Shown here: piece after piece, positions 29,437-39,019 of the stretch
Layout: the number at the start of each line of letters is the position of its first letter
How positions within the stretch are numbered: position 1 is the first letter of the stretch
NCBI GenBank assembly: GCA_019057795.1
Contig: JAHLWS010000079.1
Location: 36,155-100,154 of the forward strand
DNA length: 64,000 nucleotides
Source: Promethearchaeota archaeon
GTDB taxonomy: Archaea; Asgardarchaeota; Lokiarchaeia; Sigyniarchaeales; SOKP01
Reading direction: 5' to 3'
Translations under genes and position numbers: made by a program
Notes under the pieces: model-generated
Databases searched by the model: none
The model's input: the letters and a program-made list of their open reading frames with translations, nothing else
Told to the model about the DNA's origin: nothing

Positions 29437-30153
29437 ATGTATAAAGAAAACATTTGGGAAAATGCTGAATGGACCGTACAGGCGCGTAATATCGTTAAAG
29501 CTCTTAATAAATTTCCTGTAGATTCGAAGATAATTTTAATTCTGCGACATTCCCACAGAAATAATCCCTCTGAATTAGTGAAATTACATGAACTAAGGTT
29601 AACTCCTCAAGGACATCAAGTAGCTAAGATATTTGGTCAAAAATTACCTAAAGAGAGAGCAATCAGGCTGTTTCACAGTCCTGTAGGCCGCTGCCAAGAA
29701 ACAGCAGAAGATATTTTAACTGGATTTGAAGATGCTGGAGGAAATGGAGCGTTAGATGGGGTACTTACGCCTCTATTTTTCGCGGGAACTGCTCCAAAAT
29801 TTTTCCAAGATATTATTATGAAAAATTCTCATCTTGATTTTATGTTTCGTTGGGCTGTCGGTCTCTATTCTCCAGATTTAATATCTCCACTTCAAACTTA
29901 CTGTCAAAAGGCGGCAGAGACCATTTGGAACGGTATCAACGATGCTCCAGAGAGAGGGATCGATATTCACATAACGCACGATGTTTTTTTAATGGCATTA
30001 CGATTCGGATGGTTTGGAATACCTCCTGACGCGCAATGGGTTTCCTTTTTAGGTGGAATCGCATTCACTTTAACCGAAAATAAAATTAAATTGTTTGTTA
30101 AAGATCGATTTATCTCGATGAATGTTCCCTATTGGTGGAAAAACCGAACTTAA
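29437..30153 (+). CDS. Histidine phosphatase superfamily protein
   Basis: LRHS, LTPQG, SPVGRCQETA and ITHD motifs. Confidence 0.85.
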   Translation: MYKENIWENAEWTVQARNIVKALNKFPVDSKIILILRHSHRNNPSELVKLHELRLTPQGHQVAKIFGQKLPKERAIRLFHSPVGRCQETAEDILTGFEDAGGNGALDGVLTPLFFAGTAPKFFQDIIMKNSHLDFMFRWAVGLYSPDLISPLQTYCQKAAETIWNGINDAPERGIDIHITHDVFLMALRFGWFGIPPDAQWVSFLGGIAFTLTENKIKLFVKDRFISMNVPYWWKNRT

Positions 30154-30162
30154 TTGTGCGAT

Positions 30163-30627
30163 TTAAAACTCATACCTACATTTAGTGCAGACCCGCTTTT
30201 TCGCGTAAATTCTTACTGGCACGTAGCTAATCAAACGCGTTTTATCATCAACTTCTTTGATGGCGAAACCCATAGCTCCACATTTAGGACATTTTCTTTT
30301 ATAAGTAGAATGGCTATTGCTAGGTGAGGTTGCTAGAGATATTTGCTGATTAGGCACTCTTATTGTATTTATTTGTTGATTCGCATGTTGAGGCGGACTT
30401 AATTGTTGTTGAGGTGGATTTAATTGTTGTTGAGGTTGACTTAATTGTTGCTGTAGATTCTGAATTCGAGCTCTTAATTCTGCATTCTCGTCTTTTAATT
30501 GAGATAGTTGTATTTCTCTTTTTTCCAGAAGAGTAAATAATTCTGTAATTTGGTTTTCCAATATGCTAAGTTCTTTTTCGTCTTCAGGTGATAAGCCCTC
30601 TATGTTTTCATACATCATTTTTCGCAC
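30163..30627 (-). CDS. Coiled-coil, Q/P-rich linker and zinc-ribbon protein
   Basis: Heptad N-terminus, QQQLxxP repeats, CPKC...CTKC. Confidence 0.75.
   Translation of the reverse strand: MRKMMYENIEGLSPEDEKELSILENQITELFTLLEKREIQLSQLKDENAELRARIQNLQQQLSQPQQQLNPPQQQLSPPQHANQQINTIRVPNQQISLATSPSNSHSTYKRKCPKCGAMGFAIKEVDDKTRLISYVPVRIYAKKRVCTKCRYEF
30386..30448. repeat. 3 x 21-bp coding tandem repeat
   Basis: TGTTGAGG(C/T)(G/T)GA(C/T)TTAATTGT three times, encoding QQQLxxP. Confidence 0.85.
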
Positions 30628-30818
30628 ACATCACATTTTTTACAGAAATGTATTTTGTCGCTACATAAAATTTAGGTTAGTTTGACATAAATAGTTTATT
30701 AAAAATAATCCTAAAAACCAATAACTTAATTACCATTATCTTAGGTTCTAATGACTATAAATTGTTTTTTATGGAGTTTTACAACAGTTTTATAAATTAA
30801 CCATCAAAATATTAAATT

Positions 30819-31766
30819 ATGAAAAAAAAATACTACTTTCTCATTTACTTTATTCTCATTTTCATCGCGTTATGGGTAATCTATCTACCACCTTGGGAAC
30901 AATCTTTAAAAAATTTGATCGTAATAAATATAATCATTTACATCATACGCAAACCAATGAATAGCTTTGCTGCGTATTTATTCAAAAAGCGCTCTTATCG
31001 AACTACTGTTTCAATTGCCATAACTATTATATGGAGCATTTTCTTATTCTGGTTATTGTATGTTATTGAAGATACTTTATTTTTCGCCATAGTTCCATTT
31101 TTAATCGTTGCTGTGTCGTTAAATTTTAAAAATATTATTAATAATATGGCTTCAGGAGCGCTTTTGTTATCGTCAGGGAAATTTGAAATAGGGGATTTAA
31201 TAGAAACCAACGGTATACAAGGAATAGTAAGTGAAATCAATTTAAATTATACTAAAATACGGGAATTTGACGGAGTTGAGATTAAAATTCCAAACAGTAA
31301 TGTTTTCGGTTCTACTATAGTGAAGTTCACTCACGATAAGTTCAAAATATTCGAACCGTTAAATAAAGAAGAATTTCACAAAAGTAAGTACTATAAAGAA
31401 TATATTAAGATGATAAATAAGATCTTATCAGCGAAGATAAAAACAACTACCTACATCAAAAATATAGAAATTTTAGGGTCCTTAGACCCAATAAAACTCG
31501 ATGAGCTGTTACTGAAAGTATTTAACGCTTATGAATCAATATTCGGCATCAAACCCGATTATGCTGTTGACACCACGAGATTTGGACGTGTTCGCGTTGC
31601 ATTGTATGTGAAGTCAGAGAACCCGGTAATTATTTTGAACTACTTGGATTCTTTTCTTAGAGACATTCTCTTTGCTTTATATCCCGATAGAATTTATAAG
31701 GATTGGGATAAATACCAAGAAAGTCTTGCTGATTTAAAATTAGATGACGAGGGTGATGAAAAATAA
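30819..31766 (+). CDS. MscS-family mechanosensitive channel
   Basis: NMASG, FEIGDLI, G.V.EI and IPNS motifs. Confidence 0.85.
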   Translation: MKKKYYFLIYFILIFIALWVIYLPPWEQSLKNLIVINIIIYIIRKPMNSFAAYLFKKRSYRTTVSIAITIIWSIFLFWLLYVIEDTLFFAIVPFLIVAVSLNFKNIINNMASGALLLSSGKFEIGDLIETNGIQGIVSEINLNYTKIREFDGVEIKIPNSNVFGSTIVKFTHDKFKIFEPLNKEEFHKSKYYKEYIKMINKILSAKIKTTTYIKNIEILGSLDPIKLDELLLKVFNAYESIFGIKPDYAVDTTRFGRVRVALYVKSENPVIILNYLDSFLRDILFALYPDRIYKDWDKYQESLADLKLDDEGDEK

Positions 31767-32659
31767 GCGCAATCTTTAATAGTGATCTTGAAGCGTTTAT
31801 TTTTGTTTTTATCATTGCCATCTCATTGGTTATTGTTAACAAGTTTTTATCGGATTTGTTTAGTCGAATAGGGAAAATCCCTATAGTAAAAAAAAATAAA
31901 TTAATTTTTGTAATTAGAATAGCGTCGATATTAACTCTACTTTACTTTGTAATGAATGGATTTCCCTCGTTCACGACTCTCCCCCCTGAAACTACTGCAA
32001 TAGTAACGGGTGCATTAAGCACAGCTTTAGCGTTCGTAACAAGCGGAATTTTTTCTAATTTTGTTGCAGGTGTATTATTATGGATTATAGATCCTATTGA
32101 TATTGGGGATGTAGTTAAAATTTCTGGCCATAAGGGCGTAATAAAGTCTATTTCGCTTACAAAAGTCGTTATTGAGACGTTAGACCGCATTATCGTAGAA
32201 ATTTCCAATTCTGATGTTGTTTCGTCAATAGTGCTAAACTATACAATAAAGCCCAAATCAAGAAAGAAATATTTTCACTTTAAAAGACAAATTCGAGCTC
32301 CCCAAGATGTCGGCAACGCTCGATTAGACATTGATGCTTACAACGAGGTTATTAGAAAACAAGAAGAGAACGACATCAAAAACTTCTTTAACTCGTTTTC
32401 TGAAGACCGCAAAAAGATAATTCATTCTTACACTTTCAAAATGCGAGTTCCGTACGGAGAATTCCGTATCAAGATAGACCAATTTAATAGATTATGCGAT
32501 AAATACGGAGAGATCTTTGGTTTTAGACCACACTTTCATGTTTTAGACTTTAGCAACGAAATTTTTGTAAAATTCAGAATTTTAACCTTGGATTCCAATA
32601 AATTATTAAAATTTCAACGACAATTCGCTAAAGATCTCTATAAAATTATCTTAGGTTAA
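31763..32659 (+). CDS. MscS-family mechanosensitive channel, second paralog (probable ATA start)
   Basis: NFVAG and IDIGDVVKI motifs; frame opens at ATA 31763 overlapping the previous TAA, after GAGGGTGA, completing the first TM. Confidence 0.8.
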   Translation: MSAIFNSDLEAFIFVFIIAISLVIVNKFLSDLFSRIGKIPIVKKNKLIFVIRIASILTLLYFVMNGFPSFTTLPPETTAIVTGALSTALAFVTSGIFSNFVAGVLLWIIDPIDIGDVVKISGHKGVIKSISLTKVVIETLDRIIVEISNSDVVSSIVLNYTIKPKSRKKYFHFKRQIRAPQDVGNARLDIDAYNEVIRKQEENDIKNFFNSFSEDRKKIIHSYTFKMRVPYGEFRIKIDQFNRLCDKYGEIFGFRPHFHVLDFSNEIFVKFRILTLDSNKLLKFQRQFAKDLYKIILG

Positions 32660-32789
32660 TTGGAGTTCAAGTTAAAACAATATATATTATTTTTTTCCAT
32701 TTTTTCATGAAGAAGTTCAAGTAAAAAATTAAATTATATATTATGTTGATATAGTTTAGAGCAATTATTTTTGTAAAGGTAGTAATAAT

Positions 32790-34154
32790 ATGGATATAGA
32801 TAAAAAAACTAAGATATTGCCCTTAATTAAACAGTTTCCACACGTCTACAACGAATTACTTAAGTTATCGCCTAAAATTAAGCGACTTAAAAATCCAATA
32901 GTAAGAAGAACTATTGGAAAAAGCGCTACAATAAAAGATGTTTCAAAACTAATTGATGTTGATTTGAACAAAATTCTCCAAGTAATTGAAGCATCGATGG
33001 GTAAAACTTCAGAAGAAATAGCGGAATTAAAAACTCAACGAAAAGAACAATTAAAAGAGCTTGTAATTGACATGCACAAGGGAGCGGAGCTCGAGGGCCT
33101 TAAACAACGGTTTAAAGAGATTTTAGTAGATGTATCGCCGGCTGAAATAGGTGAGATGGAACAAAGCTTAATTGATGAGGGGATTCTGAAAGCAGATCAA
33201 ATTATTGAGTTATGTGATATCCATGTAGAATTATTCAAAGATACATTGGAGGAAAAAGAACCTCCAGAAGCAGTCTCAGGGCACCCTGTCCACACTTATA
33301 TGGAAGAAAATAAGATCGCAAGGGATTTAATTCAGAAAATACGTTCTGCTGCCGAAGAGAATAAATTAGAAATATTAAAAGAATTAGCAAAATTAGAGAT
33401 TCATTATACTCGCATTGAGAATCAGCTTTTTCCAATACTAGAGAATTTGGACATTTCTGGCCCACCTCAAGTATTGTGGGCAGTTCACGACGAAATTCGA
33501 GCTGGCTTTAAAGAAAAAAAACTTGAAAATATCGAAGAGCTCATAGAAAAAGTGGATGAGATGATCTACAAAGAAGAGCATATTTTATTTCCAATGGCGC
33601 TTGAAAAATTTAAAGAATCAGATTGGGCTCGTGTTAAACGTGGCGAAGAAGAAATTGGTTATGTTTGGGTGCGCCCTGGAGATAAATGGAAACCAGTAAC
33701 GCCTGGTGATGTTCATGCCCCTGAGATCAAGTTAGAATCCTCAAATTTGCTTGATTTAGATACGGGTAAGTTAACTTTAGAGCAAATAAACCTGCTGTTA
33801 AAACATTTACCTATTGATATCTCGTTTGTTGATGTTAACGACGAAGTAAAATATTATTCTGCAACTGACGACCGTATATTTCCAAGAAGCCCAGCGGTCA
33901 TAGGGAGGAAGGTTCAAAAATGTCACCCCCCAAAATCCATGCATATCGTAGAGGATATTGTAGCGAAATTTAAAAGTGGAGAAAAGAGTGTGGCCGAATT
34001 TTGGATACAACTCGGCGATAAATTGGTAAATATACGATATTTTGCAGTAAGGGATGCCCAAGACAAATACATCGGTACATTAGAAGTATCGCAAGACATT
34101 ACTCACATTAAATCGATAGAAGGAGAACGACGCTTAGTCCAATGGGGAGAATAG
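32790..34154 (+). CDS. DUF1858/DUF438-hemerythrin-PAS protein
   Basis: LCDIHVELF, GHPVHT, HY..ENQLFP, KEEHILFP and CHPPKS motifs. Confidence 0.85.
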   Translation: MDIDKKTKILPLIKQFPHVYNELLKLSPKIKRLKNPIVRRTIGKSATIKDVSKLIDVDLNKILQVIEASMGKTSEEIAELKTQRKEQLKELVIDMHKGAELEGLKQRFKEILVDVSPAEIGEMEQSLIDEGILKADQIIELCDIHVELFKDTLEEKEPPEAVSGHPVHTYMEENKIARDLIQKIRSAAEENKLEILKELAKLEIHYTRIENQLFPILENLDISGPPQVLWAVHDEIRAGFKEKKLENIEELIEKVDEMIYKEEHILFPMALEKFKESDWARVKRGEEEIGYVWVRPGDKWKPVTPGDVHAPEIKLESSNLLDLDTGKLTLEQINLLLKHLPIDISFVDVNDEVKYYSATDDRIFPRSPAVIGRKVQKCHPPKSMHIVEDIVAKFKSGEKSVAEFWIQLGDKLVNIRYFAVRDAQDKYIGTLEVSQDITHIKSIEGERRLVQWGE

Positions 34155-34221
34155 CTCCTATTTAAAATAAATTTATTTAATTTTCTTTGATTTTCCACTA
34201 ATAAATCTATTTTTTAATTTT

Positions 34222-35268
34222 TTAAACCTCTTCTGTTGTTAGCCCAGACAATTCCTTTCCGCAATATGGACATATTTTTGCGTTGGAATCAATCTTTTTC
34301 TCGCAAAATTGGCAATTTACTTTTAAACCCCTACGCAATAAGACGCCCGTTCCAGTAGATAAATCGTTGAGGAAATCTTCAACTGTATCTTGATTAACGA
34401 TCAAGTAGTCCCCATTTATTAAGAACTTAAATCGTTTTGCCCATTGGAACACCTTTTCCGTAAAAGTCTTTTCGTCCATGTCTAACGCAATACGCATCAT
34501 ATCAAGCCTTAGCCGATTTGAGACTTCCATCATCGATTTGACCCGTTCCATTCGTTCCTTGTCTTCTTTTTCTAATCGGATTTGCTCTGATGTTTTATAT
34601 ATCTTCGCTTGGTGTATAATTTCAAATAATTTTTTCGTTTTTGATTTATCTTTTATGTACAAACCCAATTGTTTTTTGAGCGCTATATACGAATAAATTT
34701 TGTTTTGATTCGTTTGAATCTTTACAGATGGACCCAAATTGGTATCCTCTTTTATAATTCTTAGAATATTCAATATAGCAATTTGGTACGTCGTTTTCTC
34801 GTTAAATGGCTTAAAATATAAATAATTTTCGTTTAAAAAAATAATCCCTTTTAGCGTTTCAGATGCAGAATTTTCGCCAATGGAGCTGTCGGCCATAAAC
34901 CCGCCCTTAATTTCAAATAAAATCGGGCTTTCCTCTTTGTAAGTAATCCTTGTTAGTTGTCTAAAAAGTTCTTCTGTTGATTTTTTTGACGTAGAAAGCG
35001 AACTATTTTCTTTTTTATGAGGATAAAACGTATAAACGATTCCTTGGACGGTTATTAATTCGATCGTTGGAAGATTTAATCGATTTCTTATAGAAAAATT
35101 TTCAATATCGCGTATTCTCAATTGAAATAATATGTTATCTTTTTCGGATTTAAAAGAAAACTCCTTGTCAGTTAAGGTGATGGTACCTCTGGATTTTTTT
35201 AAAACGAGAGCCAAGTATGAAGTCTGGCCAGTAGTAAAATTACCAAAGGATTTGAAAAGGTTTACCAT
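34222..35268 (-). CDS. Tandem PH/GRAM-like domains, helical domain and zinc ribbon
   Basis: Two GxI.L....F.FK repeats; C-terminal CQFC...CPYCG. Confidence 0.6.
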   Translation of the reverse strand: MVNLFKSFGNFTTGQTSYLALVLKKSRGTITLTDKEFSFKSEKDNILFQLRIRDIENFSIRNRLNLPTIELITVQGIVYTFYPHKKENSSLSTSKKSTEELFRQLTRITYKEESPILFEIKGGFMADSSIGENSASETLKGIIFLNENYLYFKPFNEKTTYQIAILNILRIIKEDTNLGPSVKIQTNQNKIYSYIALKKQLGLYIKDKSKTKKLFEIIHQAKIYKTSEQIRLEKEDKERMERVKSMMEVSNRLRLDMMRIALDMDEKTFTEKVFQWAKRFKFLINGDYLIVNQDTVEDFLNDLSTGTGVLLRRGLKVNCQFCEKKIDSNAKICPYCGKELSGLTTEEV

Positions 35269-35530
35269 TTCAAGTTCTATAATATAATTTTAGCAATATA
35301 TAATTTGATATAATAAAAATGATTTTACTCTAATTCTATTTGAGTATTTTAAATTTTATAAATTATAATAAAAAAAATGTAATAAAAAAAAAGGGGGAAA
35401 TTCAAAAACCAATAAAAAGTAAAAATTTTCTCCCATTCCAAGAGCATTTTGTGCGTTTCTATTATTCTGATATTTCCTTTAATATATATTTATTTTTGAT
35501 GCGTGTTCTAAACTACTACTACGTTAATAC

Positions 35531-35808
35531 TTAATAACGTTTTGATCTATAATCCTCGCGCGGTCCTCTTTCGACTATAGTTAAGTCAGTTGCTTGAGGC
35601 CCTTTCTGGCCTTCTGTGATCTCAAATTCTACGATATCACCTTCATAGATGATCTTAAATTCGTTATCATCTCCTTTGATTGCTGAGAAGTGAACGAATA
35701 TATCACCCGAACCATCTTCACGAGTTATAAATCCAAATCCTTTTCTAGAGTCTTTCTTTATAGAAATTCTTTTCTAGAGTCAAACCATTTTACGGTTCCT
35801 TTTACCAT
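35531..35808 (-). CDS. csp: Cold-shock domain protein (82 aa once the 29-nt insert is removed), not in ORF track
   Basis: [13 protein letters not shown]|[21 protein letters not shown]...GQKGPQA; intact RNP1 and RNP2; the unspliced frame stops after 16 aa. Confidence 0.9.
35743..35771 (-). other. Candidate 29-nt BHB (tRNA-type) intron in csp mRNA
   Basis: CU-CUAG-AAA-AG on both strands forms h-B-H-B-h'; closing UUUCU/AGAAA hairpin; canonical cuts remove exactly 29 nt and restore the frame. Confidence 0.65.
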
Positions 35809-36274
35809 TGAACTTACACTTATGTTTTTATTATGTTTACCAATATATTATATACTTTTAAAGCAAAGTTTTTTAAAATTTTTTAAAGAAACTTTTGTTA
35901 ATAATAGTAGTAAAAGATAAAAAATCTTCGCTTTTTAAAATGCTGTAATTACAAGTAAACAAATTGAAAACTCGTTTTGTGATTTTGATCTTAAAAAATA
36001 TATTTAAAAACTGACTGATTTACTTCTTGGTCATTGGAATCCAATTGTTGAAAACTTCTTAGAGATTCTTGGATTAATTTGAAATCAATATCAATTTTCT
36101 GATTTAAATGTTTAATTGTCATAATAAGTTTAATAAAGAAATTTTGCATTAATTTTTTATTTTCAAAAATTACTATGGATGGTTTTGATAAAATATTAGT
36201 GAAATACGAATGTATTGATAAATTAAATGGTGAAAGAAGGAAATAACAACTAGATATTATTAATTACTTACTTA

Positions 36275-37933
36275 TTAAAATTCTTTACAGATCAAATATA
36301 ATAAAGTAGAAATTGTATCGTTTGTACAGTCTATTATTATGTTCTTATAGTTTTCCTTCCAATTTGGAGTTTTATATTTTGTAATAAATCTTTTATTAAT
36401 TTTTTCTTTAATTTTTGTCCTTGACCAACTAGGAAATTGTTTTTTAATAATATTTTCTTCAATATATTTCAAACTTTTATCTTGTATCGCTAAATCCTCT
36501 GCTAATTCAATTAATCTTCGTGTTTTAATTCGATTCTTTGTATAAAATTCCTTTATTTCAAAAGAATCTGTAAAGAAATTAGAAAGTTGTTCTAATTGAA
36601 AAAAATCACTTTTTCCATAAGAATATAACTTAAAACCTTCGTATGTCGCAAGTAATTCATTAAATAAGTCCAGTTGATTTTGATAAAAATCTAAGTCAAA
36701 ATTTAAACACTCAAATTTGATAATCTTTTTCCTAAAAAATTCACAATCTTCTTCGCAAAAATGACAAGGGAGAGTAAATATATTAACATTGATGTCAAAT
36801 CCTTTTCTAATACCTTTCCATATAATATTAGTTATGATACAAGGAAAATTAAAAATTCGTTCAATTTTACCATTTGGATAACAAATATGGGTATATTCAA
36901 CATCAAGAACTAAAAATCTTGATTTTTTGAATTTTTCGAAATTAAATAAAGTTTGGTTTTCATTAAGAAAGTTTCTTAGAAATTTTTGTGTTTCTTTGAT
37001 TACTTTTTGTTTAATATCTTCAATATCCCCCTTATAATTAGTTAAATACTTTAGATTTAGCTTTTGTTCTTCATTAACATTATATTGCTCCAAATTATCC
37101 CTATTCGATATTAATAAAAACAAACGGATGAATTCAAATATTAATTTCTTTTTTATAAAATATAATGCTTTTTCTTCATATCTAAAGTAATCTTCAGATT
37201 CAAATGGATTAAACTCATTAATTAATTCGTAACATTGAGAGTACCAGGGCTCCGAATTCAGAGGATTTAAATCATTTATATTAAAGATACCTCTCAAAAA
37301 TTTACTGGATGAATCAACAAAAGGGAAAAAAATGGAAGGTAATAAATCCCCCTTCATAAATTTTAACTGAATATTAGGTAAAACATTTTCAGTAATATAT
37401 TCTGTTTCTTCGAAACACCATAATTCTAAATTTTTATGTTTCTTTAATGTGTCTATCATTATTTTTTCAAGATTTTGGCAAAAACAATCATCTGGTATAC
37501 CAAAAATAGAACAGTATAGAGGAATTTTTTCGAATATTTTATATACAAATCCATTTACTTCGACAAAATATCTTGCACAACCTGCAAGAGTACCAAAAAT
37601 ATTTTTCTCAATTCCTAATTTTTTTTTTTTTGAAATATTATTTTCTTGATTAAATTTTAACGGTAAACATTTACCAGGATGGATATCATAAATAATTCTA
37701 ATATTTTCTTTATTTTCCGCATATGAGATTGCCCAAAGAAATGGGATCTCATTAATTGGCTCATTATTTAATTCTTGATTTTTTCGGGGCCATTCTTTAG
37801 CTTTTATATGTGAAAGTATAGTGACGATTCCGAGTTTATTTTCATAAAGGTACTGAGCTATCTCTATAAGTGAAAATATTTCTTTTAAATCTTCTAAGAA
37901 TCGTTCTTCTTTTTTTAAATCAATTTTTATCAT
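36275..37933 (-). CDS. Protein with C-terminal DEDD/RNase-H-like 3'-5' exonuclease domain
   Basis: VLDVEY (ExoI), SYGKSD (ExoII), SLK and CTND (ExoIII); N-terminal half unrecognised. Confidence 0.55.
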   Translation of the reverse strand: MIKIDLKKEERFLEDLKEIFSLIEIAQYLYENKLGIVTILSHIKAKEWPRKNQELNNEPINEIPFLWAISYAENKENIRIIYDIHPGKCLPLKFNQENNISKKKKLGIEKNIFGTLAGCARYFVEVNGFVYKIFEKIPLYCSIFGIPDDCFCQNLEKIMIDTLKKHKNLELWCFEETEYITENVLPNIQLKFMKGDLLPSIFFPFVDSSSKFLRGIFNINDLNPLNSEPWYSQCYELINEFNPFESEDYFRYEEKALYFIKKKLIFEFIRLFLLISNRDNLEQYNVNEEQKLNLKYLTNYKGDIEDIKQKVIKETQKFLRNFLNENQTLFNFEKFKKSRFLVLDVEYTHICYPNGKIERIFNFPCIITNIIWKGIRKGFDINVNIFTLPCHFCEEDCEFFRKKIIKFECLNFDLDFYQNQLDLFNELLATYEGFKLYSYGKSDFFQLEQLSNFFTDSFEIKEFYTKNRIKTRRLIELAEDLAIQDKSLKYIEENIIKKQFPSWSRTKIKEKINKRFITKYKTPNWKENYKNIIIDCTNDTISTLLYLICKEF

Positions 37934-37942
37934 AATTATCTC

Positions 37943-39019
37943 TTAAAATAATTCTATTCCGAATTTACCACTCCCAAACTGAGATGGATCAATTCCTTGA
38001 GATTGCATTGATGGAGATAATATTTTTCTATTTTGACAGAAAGCATTATTTGAATCACTATATGAACAAGGTGAACATTCATCACAAAGGCAATCTCTAA
38101 TGCTAATAGCAAAATAATGTCCTAATGAATAAAGCATTTGGTGAATTTTTTTTAAAGCAATGTTATATCTGTATTTTTTGAATTTGTTTTTTTTCCAAAT
38201 CCATATTACGGCATTCTCCCACATTTTTAAATCAATCTTTTTTGAATAAGGGGGACAGGAAAATGTTTTTCCGTAGGATTTACAACTTTCTCTACATAAT
38301 GGATCTATTACTTTTATTTGATCTATTTGAATAATTTCAATTTTTTCATACAATTTTGGATGATCCTTAACAAATTGATTACAATATTCTTTAATTTCAT
38401 CAAAAGATGCTTGTTGAAAAATCTGATTGGAAGGATTTTTAATATGATAAATTTCAGATAAATTTTTATCGTTTGTGAAAATACATCCGCATCTATTTAA
38501 TGAATGAGCATCAGTAAGTTGAAAATCAAATCCAGCTTTAGTAAGTGTTTTAATACAATCAATCTGTACAGCTTCCATACTTATTTGTTTTAATGATGGT
38601 TTTTTACATTTCTCACCTTTTATACTTGAACAAGGTCGGCATTTCTTACATGAACCTCCAGAAAATACTACATTCTTATGCCCATTGAAACTAATTAGAT
38701 TATTAAGTTGTTGTGAAATTCTTTGAATTTCATATTCTTTTTGATTATTTAGAAATCTTAATTTAAATCTGGAATCTTCTTCATTGAATCTATATGAAGT
38801 AGCGAACAAAATTACCCATTTATAACCATTTTTCTTAATTTTTTTGTATTCAGAAAGGGAATAAGGAGGGCAAGAGTATTTTCTATTAAAATTCTTACAC
38901 CCAAATTTGCAAAAATACTTTGCTCTCTCATCAAAAATAATCTCATTAAATGGAACAGATTTAATGAAAGCAATATTGCTTTTATTAAAATAATTTTCAA
39001 CTTGATTCTTAAGATTCAT
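37943..39019 (-). CDS. Tandem DUF2284 metal-binding protein
   Basis: Two copies of C..(G/S)C..(F/Y)....SCPP, each followed by CxxC..C and SM...(G/Q)ID. Confidence 0.75.
   Translation of the reverse strand: MNLKNQVENYFNKSNIAFIKSVPFNEIIFDERAKYFCKFGCKNFNRKYSCPPYSLSEYKKIKKNGYKWVILFATSYRFNEEDSRFKLRFLNNQKEYEIQRISQQLNNLISFNGHKNVVFSGGSCKKCRPCSSIKGEKCKKPSLKQISMEAVQIDCIKTLTKAGFDFQLTDAHSLNRCGCIFTNDKNLSEIYHIKNPSNQIFQQASFDEIKEYCNQFVKDHPKLYEKIEIIQIDQIKVIDPLCRESCKSYGKTFSCPPYSKKIDLKMWENAVIWIWKKNKFKKYRYNIALKKIHQMLYSLGHYFAISIRDCLCDECSPCSYSDSNNAFCQNRKILSPSMQSQGIDPSQFGSGKFGIELF

Noticed and set aside
35740-35781. Transposon footprint (13-bp target duplication) as the sole explanation of the csp insert
   Set aside because: Not excluded, but it does not explain the centred hairpin or the otherwise undecayed gene; kept as the main alternative
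35690-35920. 76-aa plus-strand ORF in the track
   Set aside because: Antisense shadow of the interrupted csp gene and its promoter region; no protein-like features
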